From assembly GCF_009914755.1 (NCBI RefSeq), contig NC_060938.1: DNA of 64,000 nt. The stretch is one strand, 5' to 3'. Position 1 is the stretch's first letter. Each line of letters opens with the position of its first letter. Origin of the DNA: the human T2T-CHM13v2.0 reference genome, Homo sapiens. Positions 15,913 through 29,068 of the stretch are shown here, piece after piece. The notes beneath the pieces were generated by a model. That model was given only the letters and a program-made list of their open reading frames with translations, did no database searches and was not told the origin of the DNA. The position numbers were made by a program, and so were the translations under genes.

Positions 15913-17276
15913 AATGGTTTATAGTGGATGGCTTTTGATGTGCCTATATTTTTTAGTAACATTGTCTGGATTTACCTAAAATAAATTCATCAATTTTAAT
16001 TTGACTACTTTCTATTTTTAGTACATGATATTTAATAGCTTTTACTTTTTTCCCCCTAACTCTTAGGCATTTTCTAATAGTGAGGAAAGCAGAAGCCTTT
16101 CATGGAACTTGAAATGTAGGATCATGGCAGCTGTGTCTGTTGAAGGCAACATCTGTCTTTGCATGGCTGTTGAGGTGATTGTGTTGTAAACATGGATTCT
16201 AAGGATGACCATAGGATAGGAGCCTCTACTTGTGGCTATATTTTAGGTTCTGATAACTGATCATCTTTCATCCTCTTACCTCATATTTCTGTTGTCTGGA
16301 AGGCAGTCTTTGCAATCACAAATTTTGAAGGTTCATGGTGTGCTGTGTTTTAATTATGTTAATTACATAATTGACATACTTAAACCAACTTTCAGTTGGT
16401 GAAATCACAAGGACTACTTTTTCTTGGCGTTAGCTCCCTAAGGTTCTTAGTAAGATCGGGTCTCTCACTAATTTTTTGCTTAGGTTTCCTATTATTGCGA
16501 GTGATGTCAAAAGAATAGAACCTTTTTTTTTTTTTGACAAAGTTTTTTTTGCCACTGTAGACTTAAACTTTGTTAATATATCAAAGCTACACTTATTTCC
16601 AATTCAAGGTAATTATATCTGTACTTTTTGATGTTTTTTCTGTCATAGACTCTTTTTGCAGCTTCAAGAATAGAACGTTATGGTGAAGTCCATATCATGA
16701 TAAAACATCCTTGATTTTGTGTTTCAGAGTACCAGTGAACACAAATAGGATTAGTATATACTGTATATATGAAGGATTATTTTGAAAAAAAAAATCCAAA
16801 GGGAAGAACTCACAAGGACCACCTATATAAAGTTATTTATGTTCAGAGAAGTAAATATTTGACAACATTGTGCGTTGGACTCTGTGTTGGGCTCCCAGAT
16901 AGATGGGAGAACATGTATTTGAAAAGGGGAGTTACTCATTTGGCTTACACTTTTTGAGTAGTATAAGCTAAACTTTGTGTAATAAGTGAGTAAAAGTCTT
17001 CAGGGAATGTTTTCTTAAGCCATAGTTCTTAAGGTACAATTTCAGAGAATGATAAACACATAAGATTGTGAATGTATTAAAGCAAATGCCTCTTAATTTC
17101 AGTGAATCAGAATGAACATTTCTTAAGTTTATCGGATTCTTCATTTGTACTTGTTTTTAGATTGTGTGTAAGATTTTGCTGTTTATTCACAATTTTGCTG
17201 TTTGCGTAGATGTCGAATCTCTTTGCTGTTTCTTAAATAGCAATGATAGGAATTTCCCTGTGGAATATGAACATTA

Positions 17277-17583
<307 letters not shown>

Positions 17584-17783
17584 GTAGAAATGTAGGTTGT
17601 AGGAATGTAGAAATTAAAATGTAGACTACAGAATAGATTGTAAGGTTTAGAAAAAAAAATTCAGGCTTTCACCATTTAATTGGTGTACTTAACTATCTGT
17701 GAAAATTTGTCCTAATTTCATATGGCTTTGTATACGGAAGCTTGGAGTAATTGAGGGGCCAGAGAGGGAAAACTCTTTGCTAG

Positions 17784-18193
<410 letters not shown>

Positions 18194-19184
18194 TCATACT
18201 CTGGTTGGAAAGAGGTACTGTTCATTAAAAAAAAAAATTACATTCTGGATTAGTAAATTTCATATAAAGTCTGAATTAATTTTTACTAATTATTTACTAA
18301 TGTTGATCAGTTTTGTTTGTTGCAGAGCTGACAGACTTATTGCTTCTAAAAACTAATATTCCAGTGTTCAGCAGGGTCTAGAATTCTGTGGCAATTAATG
18401 GTCATTGTTTCTATGGAGATTTTATTACATTATTCTTTGGCTTCTATTGCTAAGTACTATGTAAGTCTAAATTTTTCGGTACTCTTTTCTGTATTGGTTT
18501 CAAGACTTGTTTGAGTTACACAACGTTACAACAAATGTTTAAATATCTTTTATTCTGTTCAAATTTTGTTGCCTTTCCTGAATTGGAAGATCCATAGCTT
18601 TCAACAGTTTTTGAAAATTCTCAGCCACTGTGTTTCTTTGTTCTTTCCTCTCCTTGAATTCCCATTGGATTTATTGGACATTCTCATGTATCCTTTATGT
18701 CTGTTAATTTTTCTTTCATATTTTCCCTTATGTATAATTTTTTGTGGTACATTGTCAGTTTTTTAATCGTCTGTCTTGTTTGATAATTCAACTTTATATA
18801 GTTATCAGGCCATTTAGCTTTTAATTGCTGGGTGTTTGTATGTCTGTGTACATATGTATGTACACATAATTTATAAAATTCAAGTTCTAATTTTTCTGTT
18901 TTTTTATGAGTGTTTTCTGTGTTTCTGATTTCTTTTATAACTCTCATGGCTGAAATTTTTGTTTTAATAGTCTTTCACATTCTGTTATCAGTTTTTTGGG
19001 ATCTACTCCCTGTTTGTATGTGCTACTCTTGTTTATTTTGACTGGAAGTTCACCTCTGGCAGGAGTATATCTGCAAATACTATACTGTACGGACTAGATT
19101 GGACAGAGGTAGTTTTTTTCCAGAGAGATTTTTCCTTCCCAAGAGTTTTTCCTGAGTCCCAGGGCTTTTGTGGCCATTGAGCCA

Positions 19185-19442
19185 TTTTTTTTTTCTTTTT
19201 TTTGAGACAGAGTCTCGTTCTGTTGCCCAGGGCGGAGTGCAGTGGCGCAATCTTGGCTCACTGCCAACCTCTGCCGCACAGAAGCACAGATTCAAAGCGA
19301 TTCTCCTGCCTCAGCCTCCGGAGTAGCTGGGATTAACAGGCTCCCGCCACCACGCTCGGCTAATTTTTTGTAGTTTTAGTAGAGACGGGGTTTCGCCATG
19401 TTGGCCAGGTGGTTCTCGGAACTCCTGACCTCAGGTGATCCG
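19185..19442 (-). mobile_element. Alu, 5'-truncated
   Basis: Antisense Alu that stops at CAGGTGATCCG, flanked by direct repeat TGAGCCATTTTT. Confidence 0.9.
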
Positions 19443-19815
19443 TGAGCCATTTTTATGTCAATATTTGTGGTAGGAAGGGGGCAGTAGGGGGAATTGGCAG
19501 AAACTGTAGATGAGAATTTAAGGTTGTACAATCTTAATGGAGACTTCTGGCCTTTGGAAAAGCAAACAAGCTTTCTCTTGTGTCTTTTTCTCTTTTGTGT
19601 CAATACTACTTATTAAATCTATTTTTTTAACTTAGTGATTTGAAATGGCACTGTTATAATATACCAAACTTTTTGTGTGTATGTGGGCTATTTTGCCTTT
19701 AATTGGGTGTTCTTGGACAAGAATTAAAAATTCTTATTTACATAAGCAAAACTTTTTCAGTAGTCATTTTTGATAGTATTTGATGTTCTAATTTACATTT
19801 CATGTTCAGTTTGTG

Positions 19816-19891
19816 AGATGTTTTAGGTATTATGTCTCTTCTGGGGATAAGCAAGAATATCCCCAGAAGAGACATAATACCTAAAACATCT
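19816..19891. repeat. Perfect inverted repeat: 34-bp arms, 8-nt loop
   Basis: AGATGTTTTAGGTATTATGTCTCTTCTGGGGATA-agcaagaa-TATCCCCAGAAGAGACATAATACCTAAAACATCT. Confidence 0.97.
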
Positions 19892-21469
19892 GATCATTTT
19901 AGTACTTCCATTGTTGAGTGACCTAAGGTGATACACCTAAGAGTTATTTTATTAATATTTTATTAATTAACCCATTATGTTCAACTTTAATACCCTAGCT
20001 AAACTTTTCCAAAGGATGATAAATTTTTGTGAATGATAAATTTTGAAGTAAGTTTTTCTATTTGCTGCTAAATTTAATTTCATTAAGTTTAAGCATCAGT
20101 TATTAAGACTACCCTGTGGTAGTGGGATTGGACAGATTTGTTATGGTTAGGGTAGAGCTAGGACCACTGGGAGAAGTTATAGGATGATGTGATTTTGGAT
20201 CAAAACTAAAAAGAACTTGTCTTTCCAAAGAATAAAAGGGGTTTATGGGAGGTATTCATCCCTGCTTTTCAAACATAGGCTGGCTGCCTGTTGAGCTGGG
20301 TCTAATCTCTGAGTGGCTAGTTGGATTAGATGGCCCTTTCTTACTCAGAAATCTTATGAAAGGAAAAGCAGGTCAAGATGGTAGATTTTAAGGGGAGGAA
20401 AGCTTCTGTACATGGTGTAGCTGTTTTACGGTATGAATTTCATGTTGTAGTGTTAATTTTTGAACAGTTTTGATGACATGTTCTTTTGTCTTCAAAAACT
20501 GATTTTATGTGATTTGAAAACTGATTTGAAAGACTATTTTAAAAAGTTATTACTTTTTTGGTATTAAAGCTTTCAGTTTGTCTAATTATAAATTAGATTT
20601 TTTTTTTTACCGAATAAACTTTTAACCAGATTATTTCCCATGGAAGTGTTTTTAAATGAGCAGTGCCTTTTCCTGAGAAAATGGGCTGGTTTGGGCATGA
20701 TGAGTAAGCAAAAGTCTAAAAGATACTTTCAGCAGCTATGACCTCTGCAATTCCTTTTCAGTTTCTTGGGAAAGCTGTTCAAATGGATTGATCTATTCTC
20801 ATATTAAAGGGAAAAAAGTTTGATTAAAAAATAGAAGTCTCATTTGTTGTGACATGATACCTAATGGAGAAATTAAATTTCATTACTCATTTCTGGCATT
20901 AGTTGTATTCATTTCACATTGGGTTAGCAGTACTTTAGAATGGATATTGCTGAAGTAAGTGGTGTGTTAATAAGATGTGAGTCATAGAAATAACTGTGTT
21001 GCAGTTTAAAAGGAGAAATTGTACCATAGCTTTGAAATTTTAGTGTGGTCTATAAAGTTAATCTTAGAAAAGATACTGTAAATGGGATTCCCATGTTGGG
21101 GAATTCCAATGTTTGGATTTCCTGGATTGTTTTGTCTTTTGCTTGCTTTGAATGTTTTTCCTCTTATTTTAAAAGATAATTGTATAATTGCGTTGTGCAC
21201 TCCGGGGCCATTATACTTTTGGTGTAGTGACTGAGTAGGACAATAGGAATTTAGATGAGTTTTTGCGTTTTGATGGCCGTTTCAGGAAATGGTTAATGCT
21301 TTGTCTATTTTTCTCATTGAATTTTTTGTTTTTTCAAAATGATTTGTAGAGTCATTTATTTTTAAAAATTCTTACTGCAAATGGAATATACTTACAAACA
21401 TTTAAACATATAGAACTATGTAAAATGAGCCTATTTTCTTGTGTTTTGAAGTGCTTTATATTTTTTCTT

Positions 21470-21756
21470 TTTTTCAGGTAGATTTTCGTTCCGTCACCCA
21501 GGCTGGAGTGCAGTGGTGTGACCTTGGCTTGCTGCAACCCTTTGCCTCCTGGGTTCAAGTGATTCTCATTGCCTCAGCCTCCTAAGTAGCTGGGATTACA
21601 GGTGCGTGCCACCGCACCCAGCTAAGTTTTGTATTTCGGTAGAGACAGGGTTTTATCATGTTGGCCAGGCTGGTCTTAAACTCCTGCCTCAAGTGATCCA
21701 CCCGCTGTGGCCTCTGAAGGTGCTGGGAGTACAGGTGTGAGCCACCACGCCCGGCC
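21470..21756 (-). mobile_element. Alu (antisense; candidate exonised segment 21478-21601)
   Basis: Antisense Alu flanked by 21-bp direct repeat AAGTGCTTTATATTTTTTCTT (21449-21469 and 21760-21780). Confidence 0.93.
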
Positions 21757-22306
21757 CTCAAGTGCTTTATATTTTTTCTTATGTTTGAAACTTTATTTGG
21801 ATGTTTTTAGTTGATTTGAATGATACAGCCTTCTACTGATTAGAAATAACTTAGAGCAAACTAAATTTTTGTATGTATTTAGATTTGTTTTAGATTTTGA
21901 GTTCAATTTTATTTTCTTTATCACACTGCAGTATGTTGCTGCCTTGCTATATTAGTTGAAACCATTTACTGTCTCATAGAATTATATGCATGTCTGTGTA
22001 AATAGAGAATAAGTGCTCTGGAACTTTAGGAGGAGAACTAGCTGTAGACATGGTACTTGAGCTGGAAGAGTAGAACCATATGGAGGCTCAAGTTAGGATT
22101 TTTGCTCTAGTTAGGTTTGTAGATACTATATACTTCCTTTCGCAGTGAGATTATAAATTCATTTAAAGTCGGCAAATTTATTTGTGAACACTGTCAAATA
22201 CCCTGCATTCAAAAACTTCAGTGGAAGATTAAAGTGAGTGCAACTTACAAAGAATGAAAACTACAGCAATAATTAAAATGTGTTTTATAAGACCTTCAAC
22301 ACTGTC

Positions 22307-22600
22307 TTTTTTTTTTTTTTGAGAGAGGGTCTCCCTCTGTCGCCCATGTTAGAGTGCAGAGGTGAAATCATGGCTTACTATAGCCTTGAGCTTCTGTGCT
22401 CAAGCGATCTTTCTGCCTTATTCTTCCAAGCAGCTGGGACTACAGGTGCATGCCACCACGTCTAGCTAATTTTTTATTGTTTGTAGAGACAGGGTTCTGC
22501 TATGTTGCCCAGGATGGTCTTGAACTCTGGGCTCAAGCAGTCCTTTCTCCTTGGCCTCCCAGAGTGCTAGGATTACAGGCATGAGCCACCGTGCCTGGCC
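22307..22600 (-). mobile_element. Alu (AluJ-like)
   Basis: Diverged antisense dimer. Confidence 0.92.
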
Positions 22601-22619
22601 ACCATCTTTTTTCCACTTA

Positions 22620-24452
22620 TTCTCTGCTTATGACTTTGCTTCTCATTTCGTAAAGAGAATAGTAGCATTAGGAACAGAATTTTCACAAATGTCTATACCG
22701 TCTACCTCCTTTCCTGTCCTGGGTCTGTGCTTTTATATTCTTCCTTTATGTTTCTACAGATGAACTGGCTGTGCTACCATCTAAGGCCAGTCACTCTATC
22801 TACTTGTCCAAATTCTGTCTTTTCTTGCTATTTGAAAACATTGCCTCTCACTCCTGCATCATTGTTCTTTCCCTTTTTACTGGATCATTTTTTTTTTTGT
22901 CAGCATATTATCATGCTGTAATTTCTCCCATCTTTAAAAACCAAACTGTTAACCTCATATTCTCCTCCAAGTTCCATCTTATTTCTCTGCATCCTTTCAT
23001 AGGAAAGCTGCTTCAAAGAGTTGTCCACACTTGCTAGAGTTCTTCTAACTTTTAAATTCATTTCAATCAGGTTTTGATCACCACTACTCTACTGCTTTGG
23101 TCAAAGTCACCAGTAACGTCTGTGTTGCTAAATTCAGAAGTCAATTACTAGTTTTCATTGTATTTTACTTACCAACCCCATTTGACAAAATTGGTCCGTC
23201 TCTCCTCCTTAATAGACTTTATTCATCTGGCGTCCGGGACAGCAAACTCCTAGTTTTCTTTATAGCTCTCCTCAGTCTCCCTTGAGAGTTCTTCATTTTC
23301 CTGTTGTTGAATTTCAGTGCTTCAGTCTTGAGACCTGGTCTCTATTTATACCCATTTGTTTGGGATTTTATCCAAGTTTATGGCTTTAAATATAGTCCAT
23401 TTGCTGAATACTTCCAAATTTATATCTCCAGCCTTCACTTGTCATGTGACAACTCTTATTTAGCTGTCTCCTGGACATCTCCACTTACCTAAAACCTAAC
23501 TCCTTATCTCCAGCCTTAACCATGTCCCTGCCACTTTTCCCCTATCTCAGTAAAGGGCAGCTCCTTTGTTTTTGGCCTAGTCTAAAAGCTTTGGAATTGC
23601 CTTTGGCTTTGTTTATTCTCTCGTACCCCACATCCAGTCCATCAACAAATCATCTTGGCTCTACCTTTATAAAGTATCAAAAATTTGACCATCTCACCTG
23701 CTACCATCATCTCTAAATTATTTCAGTTGTCACCTAACAGTTCTCCCTGATTTCACTTTCTCCCTACACCCTTCCCTAGTCAGACCCCTCCAGTAGTTTT
23801 CCCATATTACTGAGAGTGTTAGCCACAATCCTTTTCCTGTAAGAAACTACATGAATTGTTAACCACATCCCCTCTCCCTTTCAAATTCTCTTTGACCTCA
23901 TCAGTTTATCCTTTTGTTCATTCTACCCGAACCACGTTGTCCTTACTGCTCTTGCTCATATATAGCAGGTATGTTACTGTCTCATGATCTTTGTGCTTGC
24001 TCTTCCCTCATTCACTGTATTTTGCTCTTCACTTAGATATGGATAGCACCATGGCTCTATCTTTAACTTACTTCAGGTCTTTATTGAGATGTCATTTTTT
24101 AAAAATGAGATAATCTCTGATCATTCTACTCTAAATTTTAACCATTAGGAGTTTGAGACCAGCCTGGGCAACATGGCAAAACCCTGTCTCTATATTAAAT
24201 AATTAAAAAAAATTAAATAAAATTTAATGACTGTCCACATCTTCCTGTGCTCCCTATTTCTCTTCCCTCCTTATCACTATTCTTGCTACTTGTTACCCTT
24301 TCATATACTGCATACTAATTGTTGGTCTGTCTTACCACTTAGTAGAATGTTAGCTCTGTGAGTGCAGGGTTTGTGGCCCTTTTACTGCTGTTTACTCAGA
24401 ATGTCCTAGAGCAGTCCTGACATATGGTCAGTGCTAAATAACAAATGAATAA
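22620..24452 (+). mobile_element. LINE-2 (long fragment), with an Alu-monomer fragment at ~24147-24200
   Basis: L2 ORF2/3'UTR-like pyrimidine-rich text ending CAGTGCTAAATAACAAATGAATAA. Confidence 0.7.
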
Positions 24453-27400
24453 TAAAGACTATTGTGGAAGAGAGTTGAAATTACATATTCATAGGTTTGA
24501 TTTAAGCTGGGTTTTGAAGGATAGGTGGAGATTTCATACAAAGGACATGGCAAAGATTTTTAGATTTGATTGCAGGGATAAGGTGAAGTGCTTTAAATGG
24601 AACTTTAGAAGGTGTTTCCTTTGGTTGCCTGATTTAGAATCCATAGTAGCCTCTTACTGCTGATTTTTCCCACTTGGTTGACTGCTGATCTTTTCTAGCT
24701 GGTCGTCCCATATTTTCTTCAAAATCTGATCTAGAACTCCCAGATAGGAACCTATTCCTATATTCTTAATCTTGTCAAGGGGTTTCCTCATTTATGGAAC
24801 CTTCCAGGCATGACATGTTGGAATTGTCTTATTAGTGTCCTCACTCACTTTCAGATAGTTGCGTTTTCTTATTAGTTGTTCCACCCAAGTATTTCTGTGT
24901 TGAAATTGATTTATTGTCATTAGATCTACTTAAACTACTGAAAGTCATTTTAATTGGTCTCCTTGCAACTATTTTTAACCTATCCATTTGGTTTTATTTA
25001 TTTAGTTAGTTATTTGAGACGGAGTATTGCTCTGTCGCCCAGGCTGGAGTGCAGTTGGAGATCTAATTCTTTAGCTCGTTTCTGCTGCCTCTTGTTCATG
25101 ATGGCTTATCACGTGTTCTGTTATTTTGCGTTGTGGGCTTATATCTGGATAATAATTTTTAAAAACCTTAAGGAGCCTGGCTTGGGGAAGGAGTCCACCA
25201 AAGAGGTTATGCATTTGTTTCTGCCACGGGTACTCTGGGCACCACCAGCTGGGGGCCACTTAAATTTTTTGGCTGACATATCCAAGATCATGCAAGTAGT
25301 TTGGGCCCTAAAGCCATGTGAGAAGAAACTCATGGATAAAAATTTTTAAGTAAGACTCTGAGTGAAGGCCAAATTGGGACTAAAAGCCAAGACTCTTGCC
25401 TTCCATTTTACTGCCTCATTATATTGCTATTCACTAATCTTAAAATAATTTACTTTTGCTCAGGATATATCTGCAATATAACACGCATACTGTATTTGAA
25501 GGTTATCAACTACATGATGGCTAATATTTACTTTTAGCAGGAGGAGTTCATTGTATCTAAACCTTTTGCAGAATGGAAATCTAATTAAATGATACTTGGC
25601 TACCAATAGTAAACTTTTTATCACTGTAGAGTACTTACCATAAATCATTTTTCTTAAAAAAAGATTAACTTGTCTGTTTAAAAAAAAATAAGATAGTAAT
25701 GTGGGTTTAAAGAAAGGTAAACATGGTATGAAGAGTGTGGCACGTTTGGAATGCCAAGTATTTAGATTCAGTGTGATCAGATTACAGATAGTTTTTTTTG
25801 TTGTTTTTTGTTTTTTTTAACCTATGAACATTATTTTTACAAATAACCTATAATAATAGCTTTCAGCTTAGGCCTCACAGCTACTTCTGTAATATTTTAA
25901 CTGTATTCAAATAATGAAATAAAGCTCTTATAGGCTACTCTGGAAGCCTGTATATCTTAAAGGTGTATTCATTTAGTTGTCCAGACATTGATTTATACTG
26001 GAATTTTTATGAAATTATGCATTCCTGTGTTGAAAATTACCTTTCCCTCAACTTACTGTTTTTGTTTTTTTCAAATGTGTCTGCTTGCTTAGTATGTTTT
26101 GTGGTGGAAAAAGATTTTCACTGTGTTCAGATTTCAGTCTTGAATTTTGATTTGTTAAGTTTTTGCTAATGGTTTTTTTGAGCCACCCCAGCTGATAAAA
26201 TTGTGTCAGTTGAAGGACAGAAATATTGATAAAATTAGTTTTTTTGTGTCATTTGTTTTCATTGTTTTTAATGTGAAGAAAAGGATAGCAGAAGCAAGAG
26301 CAACTGAAACACTATAGTAAAAAATATAATTCAAAATTGTTGTATTACTTGAAATTTAATAGTATACTTATCAAACTGCCTCAGTTTTTTCTCATAATGT
26401 TAACAATTCTTATGTTTATGTATTTAAGCTTAAAGTTTAGTACTGTGCATTCAGTTTGGTTACTTAAATTATTGTTTCAATGTGCAATTTTAAAAGTTGA
26501 ACAATTAACCAAACAGTAAAATGTTTGTAATAATCTCCCTTCAAAAAATGTAATGATTCTCATTTTTTAGGTATCATCTATGAGTGTATATAATACTCAA
26601 CACAAAACTTTTAGTCTTTCTGCTGTGTAATGTATTTTGCTGCATTACAATCTTAATTATTTTAAATGGTTGTGTGATGTGTCTTCACATGTCCCACACT
26701 GAAACAGTTTCATTGTTTTATTATATAGACAGTGTGGTGTGTCTTGTATATACATAAATATATTATCCTTTTTGGTTAAGCAGCTCTATTGAAATTCTAA
26801 TAATTGCCGCCAGATTTTTATATCACTTAAAATTTTAGGTTTCACTTCTTTGTTATATTAATATAAATTGGGTCATTGTGCCTTCTGAGAAGTTTGTAAA
26901 ATTTAACTCAGTGATGTGTCTCAGGTTTTGTATGAACAAATGTAAGTTATAGGAGAGCGAGTAAATAGAATTTTAAAACTATTTGATTAGTATTTGTAAT
27001 ACGTACTCTGACGAAACACGACTTACATATTATGCGTGTTAACTTATTATAATTTTTTTTTAGTTCTTTTAAGATAGGGCAGGAATGAAAACTCTCAATA
27101 TAGAGCAGGATTTTAAACCTGGGGCCCGTGCATATTCTTCAGGGAATCCAGAAACCTGGAGATTATATGTAAAACTTAGTGAGTGTGGATACTTTTTTTC
27201 TTTGAGAAAGCGGGTCAGTATCTTTATCAGTTTCTTGAAAGATTTATGTCCGAGTGAAAGATAAAAGACAATGGTGTGGAATGTGGTTTTAAAATAGTTT
27301 GGACTTGCTTTCCTATTGTTCCATGGATATTTCTCTCCTGGTTCTCTTGACAGAGAAATCCTATTTGCCACCACTGGCTGTTTATTGCATTCAGATTGGA

Positions 27401-27458
27401 ATCTATTATGACTTATGTGTGATGAGGTTAAAGAGGTAACTAATATTAGAAAGGGTAA

Positions 27459-27620
27459 GCCAGGCTAGGTGGTACATGCCTGTAGTGTAGTTCCAGCCAC
27501 TTGGGAGGCTGAAGTGGGAAGACCTCTGGAGTTTGATGCTGCAATGCGCTATCATAGGGATTGTGAATAGCCAATGTGGTCCAGCCTGAGCAGTGTATAT
27601 ATAGAGACCCCATTTCTTAA
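27459..27620 (+). mobile_element. FAM-like fossil Alu monomer (7SL-derived)
   Basis: Monomer retaining the 7SL-type segment GCGCTATCATAGGGATTGTGAATAGCCA. Confidence 0.7.
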
Positions 27621-28342
27621 ATGTGTAAAAATACTACACATTTTTTGTGAAAACTCGGGTTGTGAGTTAGCAAAAATCACCAGTGTTATTTCTTCCATGT
27701 GTGAAAGAACAACATGAGCGTCTACATGTCTCCATGTTTTTCAACTCAACAAACATGTATTGAATTGTATACTGTGGACTTAGAAAATTTTAATGACCTG
27801 GTTCTTATTACCCAGAGCTAAATTAACTTTGTCTCAACCTCTTTACTTTTATTTTTCAGTTTTGCCTCCCTGCTTTTAAAACTTTGTCTTTGTTCTTCCC
27901 TGAATTTTCCTGTTTCATTCTCAGTTCCTTTTTGTCTCCTCTTTTTTCCTCCTCATGTAATTCTGATGCTCATGGGTAAAATGTGAATTTGAGGTATATT
28001 TATTGGTATTGTAGTATTTATTCAATAAACACTCATGTTTTGCCTTTTTAAAATAATATTTTATGAATTTATCATAAACAAAGTTTAAAACTAGAGTATT
28101 AAGGCAAATGAGACTGTCCCCATGATTCTGGCACAACTCCTTAGTACTGAACTTGCATACATAAAATGTTTTGATCATATAATTACATATGATTTTGACT
28201 TTTTAGCAGCATTGAATTGAATTTAACAAAGTTTTAGTGTTCATGGTTTTAATACCTATACTTTGAGTTGATATTTGCTGATTGAAATCATTCTGATTTT
28301 GAATGTTTTATTTCTTAGTTTTTATGTAATATTGCTGTGAAC

Positions 28343-28647
28343 TTTTTTTTTTTTTTTTTGAGACAGAGTCTCGCCCTGTTGCCCAGGCTGGAGTGCAGTG
28401 GCGCGATCTCAGCTTACTGTCACTGCAACCTCTGCCTCCTGGGTTCAAGTGATTCTTTTGCATCAGCCTCCTGAGTAGCTGGGATTACAGGCGCGTACCA
28501 CCACGCCCGGCTGATTTTTGAATTTTTAGTAGAGACGGGGTTTCACCATGTTGATCAGACTGCTCTCGAATTCCTGACCTCAAGTGATCCGCCTGCCTCG
28601 GCCTCCCAAAGTGCTGGGATTACAGGCATGAGCCACCATGCCCAGCC
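28343..28647 (-). mobile_element. Alu (AluSx-like)
   Basis: Antisense Alu; TSD CTGTGAAC. Confidence 0.95.
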
Positions 28648-28741
28648 TGTGAACATCTTTCTATATGTTTTTTTCTTGCAAATAAATTCCTAGGGATAAA
28701 GAATTGGGATTGTTGGGTTAAAGGAATGCAAACATTTTCTT

Positions 28742-29068
28742 CTTTTTTATTCTTCTAAAAAAAAAAAAACAGGATACATGTGGAGAACGTGCAGGTTTAT
28801 TACATAGGTATATGTGTGTCATGGTGGTTTGCTGCACCTACTGACCCATCCTGTACGTTCCCTCCTCTCAGCCCCCACCCGCAACAGGCCCTGGTGTGTG
28901 TTGTTCCCCTCTCTGTGTCCATATGTTCTCAGTGTTCCACTCCGACTTATGAGTGAGAACATGTGGTGTTTGGTGTTCTGTTCCTGTGGTAGTTTGCTGA
29001 GGATGATGGCTTCCACCTTCATCCATGTCCCTGCCGAGGACATGATCTCATTCCTTTTTATGGCTGCA
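28742..29068 (-). mobile_element. L1PA 3' end, 5'-truncated
   Basis: GGATACATGTGGAGAACGTGCAGG...TTTTATGGCTGCA; TSD GCAAACATTTTCTT. Confidence 0.9.

Noticed and set aside
19816-19891. Hairpin as a MADE1 MITE
   Set aside because: Similar size, but no similarity to the Hsmar1 TIR sequence.
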